A stretch of DNA of 64,000 nt from Candidatus Eiseniibacteriota bacterium (GCA_963725865.1 CAVSAC010000012.1:160001-224000), one strand, 5' to 3'; positions 12,906 to 24,039 are shown, counted from the first letter of the stretch. Notes: generated from the letters alone by a model not told the origin. A program made the numbers and translations.

Positions 12906-14309
12906 ATGCCCGACGATCTCTCGTTCCTGAGCGTCCGCGAGCTGGGCACGCGCCTGCGCGCGCGCACGCTGTCGCCGGTGGCGCTGGCCGAGCACTGCCT
13001 CGAGCGGCTCGACCGGCTCGGCCCCAAGTACCACGCGGTGGTGACCGTGATGCGCGAGAGCGGCCTGCGCGACGCGCGCGCCGCCGAGGCCGAGATCAAG
13101 GCCGGCCATCACCGCGGCCCGCTGCACGGCGTGCCGTACGGCGTGAAGGACCTGCTCGCCACCAAGGAGGCGCCCACCACCTGGGGCGCCGCGCCGTATC
13201 GCAACCAGCAGTTCGACCACGACGCCACCGTGATCGAGCGGCTGCGCGCGGCCGGCGCGGTGCTGATCGCGAAGCTCGCGATGGTCGAGCTGGCGGGCGG
13301 CATGGGCTACGACCACGCCGACGCGTCGTTCACCGGACCCGGGCTGACGCCGTGGAACCTCGCGTTCTGGAGCGGCGGCTCCTCGAGCGGTCCGGCCGCC
13401 GCGGTCGCCGCCGGCCTGGTGCCGTTCGCGATCGGCTCCGAGACCTCGGGCTCGATCCTGACGCCGGCCGCGTTCTGCGGCGTGACCGGGCTGCGCCCCA
13501 CCTACGGCCGCGTCAGCCGCCACGGCGCGATGGCGCTGTGCTGGACGCTCGACAAGCTGGGGCCGATGGCGCGCAGCGCCGACGACGCGGCGCTGGTGCT
13601 GGCCGCGATCGCCGGGCGCGATCCCAAGGACGAGAGCTCGCTCGACGCGCCGTTCACGTGGAGCGCGCCCGCCGCGCCCAAGCGCGCGCGCCTCGCGGTG
13701 CCCAAGGGCTGCGTGGAGAAGGTGCAGCCGGCGGTGCGCGAGAACTTCGAGCACGCGCTGGAGACGCTCCATGATGTCGCCGACATCACGCGCGACGTCG
13801 AGTGGCCCGACTTCCCGTGGGGCCCGTCGGTCAACGCGATCGTCGGCGCCGAGGGCGCCGCGGCGTTCATCGACCTGATCGAGAGCGGCAAGCTGAAAGA
13901 GCTGCAGTGCCCCGCCGACCGCCGCGGCGGCTACGCCGCGACGCTCATCCCCGCGGTCGACTACCTGCAGGCGATGCGCCTGCGCCGCCCGATGAAGCGC
14001 GCGGTGAGCGCGCTGTTCGAGCGCTTCGACGCCGTGGTCTCGCCCGGGCGCGCGACCGTCTCGTACCCGGCCGACAAGGGCTTCGGCGAGGTCTACGCCG
14101 GCATCAGCGGCGGCCCGCCATTGATCCCCGCCGGCAACCTGTGCGGACTGCCCGCGATCTCGATTCCCGACGGCTTCGGCGAGAACGGCCTGCCCACCTC
14201 GATGGCGTTCATGGGCCCCGCGCTGAGCGAGGGTCGGCTCGCGGGCCTGGCGCACCACGTGCAGCAGAAGACCGATTGGCATCGGCGTCGTCCGCCGGAA
14301 ACCGATTGA
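12906..14309 (+). CDS. Amidase signature family protein
   Basis: GPLHGVPYGVKDL (catalytic Lys), GGSSSGPAAAVAAG and GSETSGSILTPAAFCG; no signal peptide. Confidence 0.95.
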   Translation: MPDDLSFLSVRELGTRLRARTLSPVALAEHCLERLDRLGPKYHAVVTVMRESGLRDARAAEAEIKAGHHRGPLHGVPYGVKDLLATKEAPTTWGAAPYRNQQFDHDATVIERLRAAGAVLIAKLAMVELAGGMGYDHADASFTGPGLTPWNLAFWSGGSSSGPAAAVAAGLVPFAIGSETSGSILTPAAFCGVTGLRPTYGRVSRHGAMALCWTLDKLGPMARSADDAALVLAAIAGRDPKDESSLDAPFTWSAPAAPKRARLAVPKGCVEKVQPAVRENFEHALETLHDVADITRDVEWPDFPWGPSVNAIVGAEGAAAFIDLIESGKLKELQCPADRRGGYAATLIPAVDYLQAMRLRRPMKRAVSALFERFDAVVSPGRATVSYPADKGFGEVYAGISGGPPLIPAGNLCGLPAISIPDGFGENGLPTSMAFMGPALSEGRLAGLAHHVQQKTDWHRRRPPETD

Positions 14310-14374
14310 CCCCGAATCCCACGGTCGCGAGCCGCGCGACCGGATGTGAACTCTCACAGGGAGGAATAGCTCAG

Positions 14375-14740
14375 ATGAGAAGAATGATCCCGATGATGTT
14401 GCTGGTCGCGTTCGCCACCGCGATGACGTTCGGTTGCAGTGGGGACGTGGTCAAGCAGGCGATGGCGACGCCCGAGCTGCAGGGCAAGGTGATGGACATG
14501 ATCGGCGGCAACCCGGACATGGCCGGCCAGATGGTGGACAAGCTCATGGCCGGCGACAGCAAGACCATGATCATGGACAAGCTGATGGCCAACGCCGACG
14601 CCGCTCAGGCCCTGGTCGGCAAGATCGCAGCGAACCCCGAGATGGTCGACAAGGTGCTCACGATGGCCGTGCAGGATCCGGCGATGAAGGATCGCATCAT
14701 GGCGTTCGTGAAGGGACTGGGCGCCGCCGCGAAGAAGTAG
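14375..14740 (+). CDS. Met-rich helical lipoprotein of unknown function
   Basis: GGGAGG RBS, signal peptide ending TFGC and repeated NPxM..VDKxM/L helices. Confidence 0.75.
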   Translation: MRRMIPMMLLVAFATAMTFGCSGDVVKQAMATPELQGKVMDMIGGNPDMAGQMVDKLMAGDSKTMIMDKLMANADAAQALVGKIAANPEMVDKVLTMAVQDPAMKDRIMAFVKGLGAAAKK

Positions 14741-15054
14741 GAGCTCGAGAGACGCAGAGACGACAGACGACGGGGCGGGGTCCGTGAGGATCTCGCCCTG
14801 TTTGCGTGTGCAGCGGGGGCGCGGAGAGGAGACGGCCCTGGAGAAGTGGGCGGAATGAAGGTCTATCTGCCGGCTGGATGCCCTTCGTGCCGCTGTAGTC
14901 TTCGCGCCGATGCGAACCAGCGGGCGAGAGACAGTGGAGATTGGGCCCCCGGCACAGGGGGGGAATGGCCGTGGACGGGCATGAGGCAAGGGACTATGCT
15001 CCTGCGTGCGCGAGGGGATTCACATCCAGGTTCTGGGCTCCGGGAGGCCGTCCG

Positions 15055-17923
15055 ATGCCCACCTGTACGGCGCACACCGCTGGACCCTTCAAGGCTCATC
15101 CCATCACGTGGGCCCTGCTTGAGACGCTGCTGCTCGTCGCCCTGACGACGCCGGTCCACGCTTACCCGCTCTTCTCCGCGCCCTTCCTGTCATTTGACGC
15201 TGGCAACTGTCCCGCGTCGGTTGCGATCGCGGACCTCAATGAGGACGGGCGACTGGACCTGGCGGTGGCCGACGAATGCTCGGACACGGTCTCGGTGCTG
15301 CTTGGGAAGGGGGACGGCACGTTCGGGACAAGGACCGAGTTCGGAGCCGGGAGCGTGCCAGTCTCGGTCGCGATCGCTGACCTCAACGGGGACGGGCGTC
15401 CAGACCTGGTGGCAGCGAACCGCTTGTCGAATACGGTTTCCGTGCTGCTCGGGAATGGGGACGGCACATTTGCGGCGAAGACCGACTTCGGCGCCGGGCT
15501 CGGTCCCCTGTCGATGGCGATCGCGGATTGCAATGAGGACGGACAGCCGGACCTGGTAATGGTGAATAGCGGCAGCTCTCCAGAGTTTCGGGGCACGCTC
15601 TCGGTGCTACTCGGCAATGGGGACGGTACGTTCGGAGCCAGCACCGACTTCGCCCTCGCCGGCTTTGCCCCGCAAGTCGGTGGCGATCGCAGACCTCAAT
15701 GGGGACGTGCGTCCGGATCTGGTGGTGGCAGCTAATGCCGCCGATCCAGATGTCAGGGGCACGGTCTCGGTGCTGCTCGGGAATGGGAACGGCACGTTCG
15801 GGCCCGCTACCGACTTCGACACCGGGGAGGCCATTCCCTATTCGGTGGCGATCGCCGACCTCAACGCGGATGGCGCACCAGACCTCGCGGTGACGAACCA
15901 GAACATGTGGCCGCTCGACACCAGCGTCAGCAGGGTGTCGGTCTTCCTGGGCAACGGCGATGGCACGTTCGGGGGCAGGACCGACTTCGACATCGGAGGC
16001 AGTCCGTATTCGGTGGCGATCGCGGACCTCAATGGGGACGGGCGGCGGGATCTTGCGGTCACGCACGGGGACTCGAGTGCAGTATCGGTGCTGCTCGGGA
16101 ATGGGGACGGCACGTTTGGGGCGAAGACCGACTTCGGCGCCGGGGTCAATCCCGCCTCGGTCGGGATCGCGGATTTCAACGGGGACGGGCGTCCGGACCT
16201 GGCCGTAGCGAACCTGAACGTCCCAACCGTGACGGGCGCCGGCACGGTCTCGGTGCTGCTCGGCAACGGCGATGGCACCTTCGGGGCCACGACCGATTTC
16301 GGTGCCGGGATCAATCCCCTGTCGGTGGCGATCGCGGATCTGAGTGACGACGGACAGCCGGACCTGGCGTTGGCAAATGCCGGCGCCGGTCCATGGTTTG
16401 TGGGCACGGTCTCGGTGCTATTCGGGAACAAGGACGGCACGTTCGGATCCAATACCGACATCAGCATGGGATGGTACCTCGCCTCGATGGCGATCGCGGA
16501 CCTCAATACAGACGGGTGGCCGGATCTGGCGGTGGCGAACTACGTCGGCAACCCGTATTCGCCCGGCTGGGTATCGGTGCTCCTCGGAAACGGGGACGGA
16601 ACCTTCAGGTCCAATACCGATTTCGGCACCGGGGGAATGCCTGTTTCGCTGACGATCGCAGACCTCAACGGCGACGGGCGGCCAGACCTGGCGGTGGCGA
16701 ACGGCCCAGTCTTTCCAGAGTACCTGGGGATCGTCTCGGTGCTCCTCGGGAACGGGGACGGCACCTTCGGAGCCCCAACCGACGTCGGCAGCAGGTGCTG
16801 GCCATACTCGGTGGCGATCGCGGACCTCAACGGGGACGGGCGGCCAGACCTGGCGGTGCCGAGTGAAGAGCCGGGCACGGTCATCGTGCTGTTCGGGAAC
16901 GGGGACGGCACGTTCGGGCGAGAAACCTGGCTCGGCTTCGAGAATGGCGTTCCTCACTACGTGGCGATCGCCGACCTCAATATGGATGCGGTGCCGGACC
17001 TGGTTGCGGCGTGCCAGAGGGTCTGGCCACTCGGCTCTGGCGCGGTGTCGGTGTATCTGGGCAACGGCGCCGGCTCGTTCGGGGCGGTAGCCCGCTTCGA
17101 CACCGCAAACGACCCTACCTGCGTGTCGATCGCGGACCTCAACGTGGACGGTCGGCTGGATCTCGCAGTGTCGAACCGCGGCTCGAACACGGTCTCGGTG
17201 CTGCTCGGGAAAGGGGACGGCACCTTCGGGGCCAAGGCGGACTTCGGCGCAGGGAGCAGTCCCTCCTCGGTGGCGATCGCGGACCTCAACGCGGACAGTT
17301 GGCCGGACTTGGTGGTGGCGAATGCCGGTTCGAACTCGGTCACGGTCCTGCTCAACACCGGAGGCCATGATCCGACCCCGGTGGCCCTCGCGCTCGTGGA
17401 CGCCCACGCTCAACCCGGTCGCGTCGAGCTCACGTGGATGGGCGCTTCCCTCTCGGGCACCCGCGCGACCGTGTACCGACAGCGGGAGGGGGCCGCATGG
17501 ATGGCGGTTGCGAGTATTGCCGCGGACGGCACGGGCCGGTTCCGCTTCGAGGACGTGGACGTATTGTCGGGTGCGCGTTACGGCTACCGGCTCGGGATTC
17601 GCGCGGGCGGCTCGGAGGAGTTCGCGGGCGAGACGTGGATCACGGTGCCCGGCGACTGGATCCTCGCGCTCGCAGCACCAACGCCCAACCCCGCCACAAC
17701 CCGGCTCTCGATTGCGTTCACCTTGCCGGGGGCCGCTCTCACTCGCATCGACGTATTCGACGTCACCGGGCGGCGAGTGGGCTTCCGCGACGCAGGTCCG
17801 CTGCCGGCGGGTTCGCACGCCGTCGCGTTTACCGAGGCCGCGGGATGGCGCCCCGGCATCTACCTGGTCCGGCTCACGCACGGCCATCGCTCGCTCATCG
17901 CTCGCGCCGCCATCGTGCGCTGA
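15055..17923 (+). CDS. Secreted FG-GAP/VCBS repeat protein with T9SS/FlgD-like C-terminal domain, with one frameshift near 15673
   Basis: Signal peptide ending PVHA. There are 3 + 11 = 14 repeats of SVAIADLNGDGRPDLAV...VSVLLGNGDGTF across two frames. C-terminus PNP...FDVTGRRV...GIYLVRL. Confidence 0.88.
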
Positions 17924-18073
17924 TCGCGGATCCACGCGGTCGCCTCTGGCCCGCCGCACCCCGCCCCCCATTCCCACGTAATCCCCGCCCTCGCCTCTGC
18001 CGATCCATTCCCGGTGGCCCGGGCCACTGCCAGGTGGGCGCCGGCGCGACGGGCCGCGATCGGGAGCGCGATC

Positions 18074-19355
18074 ATGTTCATCGAGCAGAGCCGGGCAGGG
18101 ACAGGAAGTGCGGCTGCGTCCGCACGGCGCCGGGCGGTTCGTCTCGGCCGCGTTCTTGAGCGTGTGGCTGTGCGGCTGGGCGATCGGTGAAGCGATCGTC
18201 GGCTGGATCGTGGGCAAGGGCATCCACGCGCTGATGACCGGTGAGCCGCTGAGTCGCGACGGCTCCACGCCGGCCGCCGGCGTGCTGCTGATCGCCGGCG
18301 CATTCGTCGCGACGTGGCTCGTGTTCTGGACCATCGGCGGCGTGATGGCGATGCGCGAGTGGTGCCGCCTGCTGATGGGCGAGGATCGCCTGCTCGCCGG
18401 CCCCGACGGGCTCACGGTCGAGCATCGCTACGGTCCGTTCCGCAGCCGGCAGACGTTCGCTCGCGATGCCATCCGCCACCTCGATCGCGCACTCGCGCCC
18501 CGGCCGCCTGCAGATCGAGACCACCACCGCCATGCGCGAGCTCTCGACGCTCGGCACCCACGCGTGAGCACGTGCAGGCGGCGCAGGCGCTCGAGCGCGA
18601 GCTGAACCTGGACGCCAGCGACAGCGCCACGGCCGGCCGCGAGCTGCCGCCGGGATGGCAGGAGGCGCTGACGCCCGAGGGCGAGCGCGTGCTCATCCAG
18701 GTCCGGCGCTGCGCGCGACGCGCGCCCGCGGCGCGGCGGTCGCGGCGATGGTCACCGGCGCCGCGGCGCTGGGACTGGTGTCGGTCGCTCTGCGCCAGCC
18801 GCCGCTGTTCGCGCTCGTGGCGTTTCTCGCCATTCTCACCGCCGTTCTATCGCGATCGCGCTCTGGCTGAGCCGCGGACGCATGGAGTGGAAGTTCGGCA
18901 GTCGGCCAGCTCGTCCTGCGCCGGCGTTGGGGCGCGCAGGTCACCGAGGTCTTCACCGCGCGCTCGCTCGAGCTCAACACGCACTCGGACTCCGACAGCG
19001 GCCCGTGGTGGGTGCTCGAGGCGCTCGCCGATCCGCCCGCCGCCCCGAGCGGCCCGATTCGGATCACGGTGCGCATCGCTAAGTCACTGCCGGCGCATCG
19101 AGGCGAGCATGGCCGGCCCCACGGTGCCGCGTCAGCTCGGCGCCTGGCTCGCGCAGCGCACCGAGCTGCCGCTGGTCGACCAGACCACCGACAAGGCACG
19201 GTCCGCCGCACTCGCCGACGTGCTCGCGTGCGCTCGCCAAGTCAGGCCCGGTCGGCCGCGTGGTCGGGCGCCTGATCAGCTCCCGCGTCGACCTCGACTC
19301 GCTCCCGGCCGACGTGCTCGAGAAACTCCGCGAGAAGGACCGCAAAGCGTCCTGA
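18074..19355 (+). pseudogene. Membrane protein of unknown function, broken by many frameshifts
   Basis: Protein-like segments switch frame at least six times (FLSVWLCGWAIGE; RELPPGWQEALTPEGE; VAFLAILTAV; GRMEWKFG; HSDSDSGPWWVLEA; PRQLGAWLAQRT; SGPVGRVVGRLI..KAS stop). Confidence 0.6.
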
Positions 19356-19380
19356 GGCTGGGCGGCGGCAGGCCTGCTCG

Positions 19381-20822
19381 TCAGACCTGAGCGCTCGGCA
19401 TGTACGGAACCTTGCGCGCGCTCGCGGGAGCCAGGCGCGAGATCGCCGCGCGCAGCCGTCGCTCGAGCGGGGCGTCGAGCAGCTCGTCGCCCAGCGTCGC
19501 CGCGCGCCGCGCCTCGTCAGCCCGGAAGCCGAGCTGCCGGAGCCACGGCATCACCTCGTCGACGCTCGCCTGCCGGGCCGCTTCGCGCTCGCGCGAGGGC
19601 GCCTCCTCGCGCTCCGGAGCCTGCGCAGACTCCGGTGCCTGTGCCGCGGCAGCTTGGCGCTCCTGCTTCGCATCGCGAGCGGCTTCCGAGCGACGCCGCG
19701 CTTCGTCGCGCTTCTGTCGTATGAACTCGGCACCATACGCACGCTCGGCCGCCAGCTGGTTGTGCGCCCGACAGCGCAGCCGCAGGCCGCTCGGTGTCGC
19801 CTGGCCGCCGCGGGCGAACGGCTGGGTGTGATCGAATTCCAAGCGTGAACGCGCCCCGCAGCGATGGCCTTTGTCGCTCGCGAACGTGCACCGGCCGCCG
19901 TCGCGCTGCCAGACCATGCGACGGATCTCTGCCGGCATGTACCGCGAGTCGTTGGTACCGGGCCGCCGGCTCGCTGGCCGCGAGCGCTCGGTGCGCGCGA
20001 AGCGCCGCTGCTCGAGCTTCGCGATCAGCGCATCGAGCGCGCGGTCCAGCACCTGCGCGAGATCACCGGAAGGCACGGCGTGTCCGAGCAGCTCTTGCGC
20101 GTAGCGCAGCTTGTCGTGCGTTACCTGCGCGATCGTGACCTGCAGCGCAACGCGACCAGGCGAGAGCGGCGTGAGCTTCGGGCGCGGGTCCGGAACCGGC
20201 GCATGCCATGGGGCGTGCTGAGCCGCGGACACTGGGATGGGCGCCGGTGGGGCTGACTGACTCTGCGCATCAATTGTCGCCAGCGCCAGCGCGCCGCACC
20301 CGCGCCTTCTGGCTCGGGCGAATGTCCAGAAACGGTGAGAATCACACGCCCCGGGGCGTGTTGTTCTCCACTTTCACAAGCCGCGAGCGGCCGCGACCAG
20401 CGTCGGCAGGTCGGGTCGCGGGAAGCGCTCGGCGAGCAGTCGCTCGATCTCCGCCTTGGACTCGCTCGCCGCGGTGGCCAGTAGCTCGTCGGCATTCTCC
20501 GGCGTGAGCTGCGGCGCCAGCAGGATCACGGTGCTCAGATGCAGCCGGCCGTCGGCGAGCATCGGGAAGACGAGCGGGAAGCGCCGCGCGACGCGGGCAG
20601 CATGGATGCGCTTGAACGCTGCTTCTTCCGACAGCTTCAGCTCGCCCGACGCACCACGCGTACATCGACGGATACCCCGCCGGCAGATACAGCCTGCGAG
20701 CATCGACCTCCGCCAGATGCGCCAGCATCGCGGCGGTGGTGACACGGTCCTGGGCGACCAGCGCGGCCAGGTCCTGCAGCAATGCCTGATCGGACAGATG
20801 CGACAGGGAGTACGACCTTCAT
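19381..20822 (-). pseudogene. HNH endonuclease with DUF222-like N-terminus and RuvA-C-like tail, frameshifted
   Basis: N-terminal (S)LSHLSDQALL..HLAEVDARRLY..GYPSMYAWC and ELKLSE..AFKRI..AR..RRFP lie in different frames. C-terminal VWQRDGGRCTF..C..LEFDH..GG..LRLRCRAHN and LRQLGF. Confidence 0.8.
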
Positions 20823-21198
20823 GACGAGACTCCGCAGCGGGGGCAGAGTCGCGGGGGCGCTCTCTACTTCTTAGCATGCGCATTCGTCACGCCCGTGCTT
20901 GCCGCAGAGCGGAGCAACGCACACCGCACGAACGACGAGCGTCTCGCAGCGCCGCGAGGTCCTCTCGCCCGCACCAGCGCGCGTACAGGCGCAAATGCTG
21001 CGAATCGCCATCGGGGATCGCACACGCCAGGGCTCATGAAGCGCTGTCAAGCGGAATCGCGCGTGCAGACCGAGCACATTGGAGACAGCATCGCCCGGAC
21101 ACATGGGCATCAGCCTCAGCGATGCGCTCAGGCGCTAGATCGGACCGGCTACATCGAGCGACAACGCGGCGGGCATCACTCGCGATCGGCTCCGCTCG

Positions 21199-24039
21199 TC
21201 AGGTCACCGCCCCCAGATACCGGTCCAGCCACGCGAGCGACTCCCGGATCAGATCGGTCTTCGGAACCGTGTGGCCGCGCGGGTAGACGAGCCGAGTCTT
21301 GTGATCGGGCGGGGTGCCCAGCATCTCGAACATCGGCCGCTGCGAGGTCTCGGCGGGGAAGAAGAAGTCCAGCTCGCCGTTGAGCATCAGCGTGGGCTGG
21401 GTCACGCGGGTCACGTAGTGGATCTGATCCGCCTCCGGCATCGCGTGCTGGAACGTGAAGCCGGCGACGTAGAGCACGTTCACCTGGATGCGTTTCTCGA
21501 CGGCGGGCAGGATCGCGCCGAGGGCGCCGCCCCAGCTCGTGCCGAAGTAGGCGAGCTTGCGCGCGTCGAGATCCTCGCGCGTCTCGATGTAGTCGATCGA
21601 CCGGGCGAGATCCTTGCCCCACATGACCACGTGGTCCTTGTAGAGCGTGCTCGAGTCCGGCAGGTCGGACTTGAAGTCGTCGCCGCGTTCGTAGGTGCCC
21701 TTGTAGATCGGCAGCAGCAGAGCGCGCCCGCTCTTGACGATGAAGTCGATGCGACGGATCTCCGACAGGTTGAAGGTCCGGGTGTTGATCGCCAGCGAGC
21801 CGGGGAACAGCACGACCGTCTGGTACGGCGGCGTGCCGCGCGCGGGCAGGAACAGGTGCGCCTGCATGCGCTCGCCGCCGTACGCGGCGGCGAACTGGAT
21901 CGTCTGCCAGCGCCCGGTGGGTACTGTCTGATCGGCGATCACGACCGCCTCGAGCGGCCCCTTGTCGTAGTGGAACTGGCGCAGGAAGTAGGCGAACACC
22001 TCGTCGGGGACCGGCTGTTCGGCGCGAAAGTCGCGGAATGGGACCTCGATCGTCCGCCCGAGGTTCGCGAGGTTGGGCTCTGGTTCGCGCGGCCGGATGC
22101 AGCGGAAGCCATTCGACGGCGATCGGTCGAATGCCGGCTGGGCGTAGGCGTCGACGAACGCGTACCCAGGATCATTCCAGCCGCCGCCGAGAATGAACCG
22201 CTGGTCCAGACGGTTGACCGCGTTGACGACCCACTCGCGCACGTTGCCGGCCAGGTCGCGCACGCCGAAGCGATTCTCGCTCCTGGTCTGCCCGACGGGC
22301 ACCGTGCGGCTGCCCGAGAGATTCGCGAGCGGCGCGATCTGCGAGCAGACGAACGTGAACGCGACGCGGTTCCAGTGGAAGATCGTGGGCAGCGTCTTGC
22401 CGGCCCACCGCGCGTACGCCGCGGCCTCGTACCAGCTCACGCCCGTGACGGGGTGATCGTCCTCGCCCGCCGGGTAATCGCCCATCTCCCAGGACGCAGG
22501 GCCCGGGTGGCCGACCGCATCGGTGAAGCGCGCGATCGCCTCCTCCCACGACAGCACGCGGCCCGCCTCGCCGAACGGCTCGCGCCAGAACTCGGCTCGT
22601 CGGTAGCCGCCGTCATCGACGAAGCGCTTGTACTCGCGGTTGGTCACCGGGTGCCGGTCCATCAGGAACGCAGCGGTCGGCTCGGTTGCGAGATGGTCGA
22701 GCCCCGGCATGAACAGCGGGAAGCCGCCGCGCGGCACCTCCACCATCTCGTCGGGCAGCTCGCCGGGCGCGCGCAGCGTGTACTGCCACACGCCTGCGTC
22801 GGGATCGGTCGCGTTGGTAAGCGTCTTGCCCAGGTTCCAGATCACGTCGTGCACCGATCGATGGCCGGGCAGCTCGAGGCGCAGCCGGGTGAGCCCGCGC
22901 GGGTATGGGATGCCCTCGAGCGGGGTGCGGCCGAGCGGCATCCACTCGCCATCGGGATCGCCGTAGAAGCACGCACTCGCGGTGGCGCCGGGCGGCTCGG
23001 TGCGGATCGAGACGGCGTGCGAGAAGTCGGGCCGCAGGCGCTCGAGCATCGGATCGCCGGGGGCGAGCTTCTCGATCTCGCGCGCGAGCTGGAACGCGGT
23101 CCACGAATCGGCGCCTTCCTCGAGGACCAGGATGCGATCGCAGATCTGCGCCAGCTCGGGCAGCCCGGTCTCGTGCGGCCAGCGCGCGAGGCGCGCCAGT
23201 TCGTCCCCCAGCTCGGCGCCGCTCGCGTAGCGCTGGCCGGGGTCCTTCTCGAGGCAGCGCGCGACGATCCGATCGAGCGCGTGCGGCATGGCCGGATTCA
23301 GGCTCGAGACGGCCGGAGGCCGGTCGCGCAGCACCGCGCCGAGCGCGCCGGCGCCGGCGGCGCTCGCGAACGGGTGCCGGCCGGTCGCCATCTCGTGGAG
23401 CACGCAGCCCAGCGCGAACACGTCGCTGCGCGCATCGGCGTCGCGGCCCTCGAGCTGCTCGGGCGCCATGTACGCGAACGTGCCGACCAGCGCGCCTTCG
23501 GCGGTCATCGCCTGATGCACGGTCGGCGACTGGCTGGCCGAGGCGTCGGGAACGACCGGTGCGACGGGGCTCGCGAGCCCGAAGTCGAGCAGCTTCACGC
23601 CCGAGGTCGTCACCATCAGGTTCGAGGGCTTGAGGTCGCGATGCACGAGACCCGCGCGGTGCGCATCGGCGAGCGCGGCGCTGATCTGCTTCGCGAACTG
23701 GAGCAGACGATCGATCGGCAGGGGGCCGCGCCGGAGCGCGGTCGCCAGCGTCTCGCCCTCGATCAGCTCCATGACGAGGTAGTCGAGCCCCCCGTCGCTC
23801 CCGACGTCGTGGAGCGTGCAGATGTGCGGATGGGTGAGCTGCGAGAGGATGCGCGCCTCGCGCTCGAGTCGGGCGCGCAGCTCGGGGGTGGACGCGAGGC
23901 GCTGGGGCAGCACCTTGATCGCCACCTCGCGGCCGAGGCGCGGGTCGCGCGCCCGGTACACCTCGCCCATGCCGCCCGCGCCGAGCGGCGCGACGATCTC
24001 GTAGGGGCCGAGCTTCCGACCGGGCGTGAGCTGCGTCAT
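21199..24039 (-). CDS. Ser/Thr kinase - PEGA-like - FGE-sulfatase - alpha/beta hydrolase fusion
   Basis: Kinase (HRDLKPSN, DFG, APE), IRTEPPGA..LGRTPL, FGE motifs (PVTNREYKRF, PVTGVSWYEAAAY, DLAGNVREW, GFRC), and a hydrolase nucleophile GTSWGG with Asp (NGELD) and His (RGH). Confidence 0.92.
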   Translation of the reverse strand: MTQLTPGRKLGPYEIVAPLGAGGMGEVYRARDPRLGREVAIKVLPQRLASTPELRARLEREARILSQLTHPHICTLHDVGSDGGLDYLVMELIEGETLATALRRGPLPIDRLLQFAKQISAALADAHRAGLVHRDLKPSNLMVTTSGVKLLDFGLASPVAPVVPDASASQSPTVHQAMTAEGALVGTFAYMAPEQLEGRDADARSDVFALGCVLHEMATGRHPFASAAGAGALGAVLRDRPPAVSSLNPAMPHALDRIVARCLEKDPGQRYASGAELGDELARLARWPHETGLPELAQICDRILVLEEGADSWTAFQLAREIEKLAPGDPMLERLRPDFSHAVSIRTEPPGATASACFYGDPDGEWMPLGRTPLEGIPYPRGLTRLRLELPGHRSVHDVIWNLGKTLTNATDPDAGVWQYTLRAPGELPDEMVEVPRGGFPLFMPGLDHLATEPTAAFLMDRHPVTNREYKRFVDDGGYRRAEFWREPFGEAGRVLSWEEAIARFTDAVGHPGPASWEMGDYPAGEDDHPVTGVSWYEAAAYARWAGKTLPTIFHWNRVAFTFVCSQIAPLANLSGSRTVPVGQTRSENRFGVRDLAGNVREWVVNAVNRLDQRFILGGGWNDPGYAFVDAYAQPAFDRSPSNGFRCIRPREPEPNLANLGRTIEVPFRDFRAEQPVPDEVFAYFLRQFHYDKGPLEAVVIADQTVPTGRWQTIQFAAAYGGERMQAHLFLPARGTPPYQTVVLFPGSLAINTRTFNLSEIRRIDFIVKSGRALLLPIYKGTYERGDDFKSDLPDSSTLYKDHVVMWGKDLARSIDYIETREDLDARKLAYFGTSWGGALGAILPAVEKRIQVNVLYVAGFTFQHAMPEADQIHYVTRVTQPTLMLNGELDFFFPAETSQRPMFEMLGTPPDHKTRLVYPRGHTVPKTDLIRESLAWLDRYLGAVT

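Noticed and set aside
12906..14309. Calling the amidase gatA
   Set aside because: No gatB is adjacent, the partner has a Tat signal, and the motifs are generic amidase-signature.
14345..14358. TGTGA-N4-TCACA as a CRP/Rex site
   Set aside because: The spacer is 4 bp rather than 6. It may be a small hairpin or another factor's site, but this is not supportable.
19381..20822. HNH gene as an IscB/Cas9-like RNA-guided nuclease
   Set aside because: No RuvC motifs or PLMP N-terminus seen; the architecture fits the DUF222-like HNH family.
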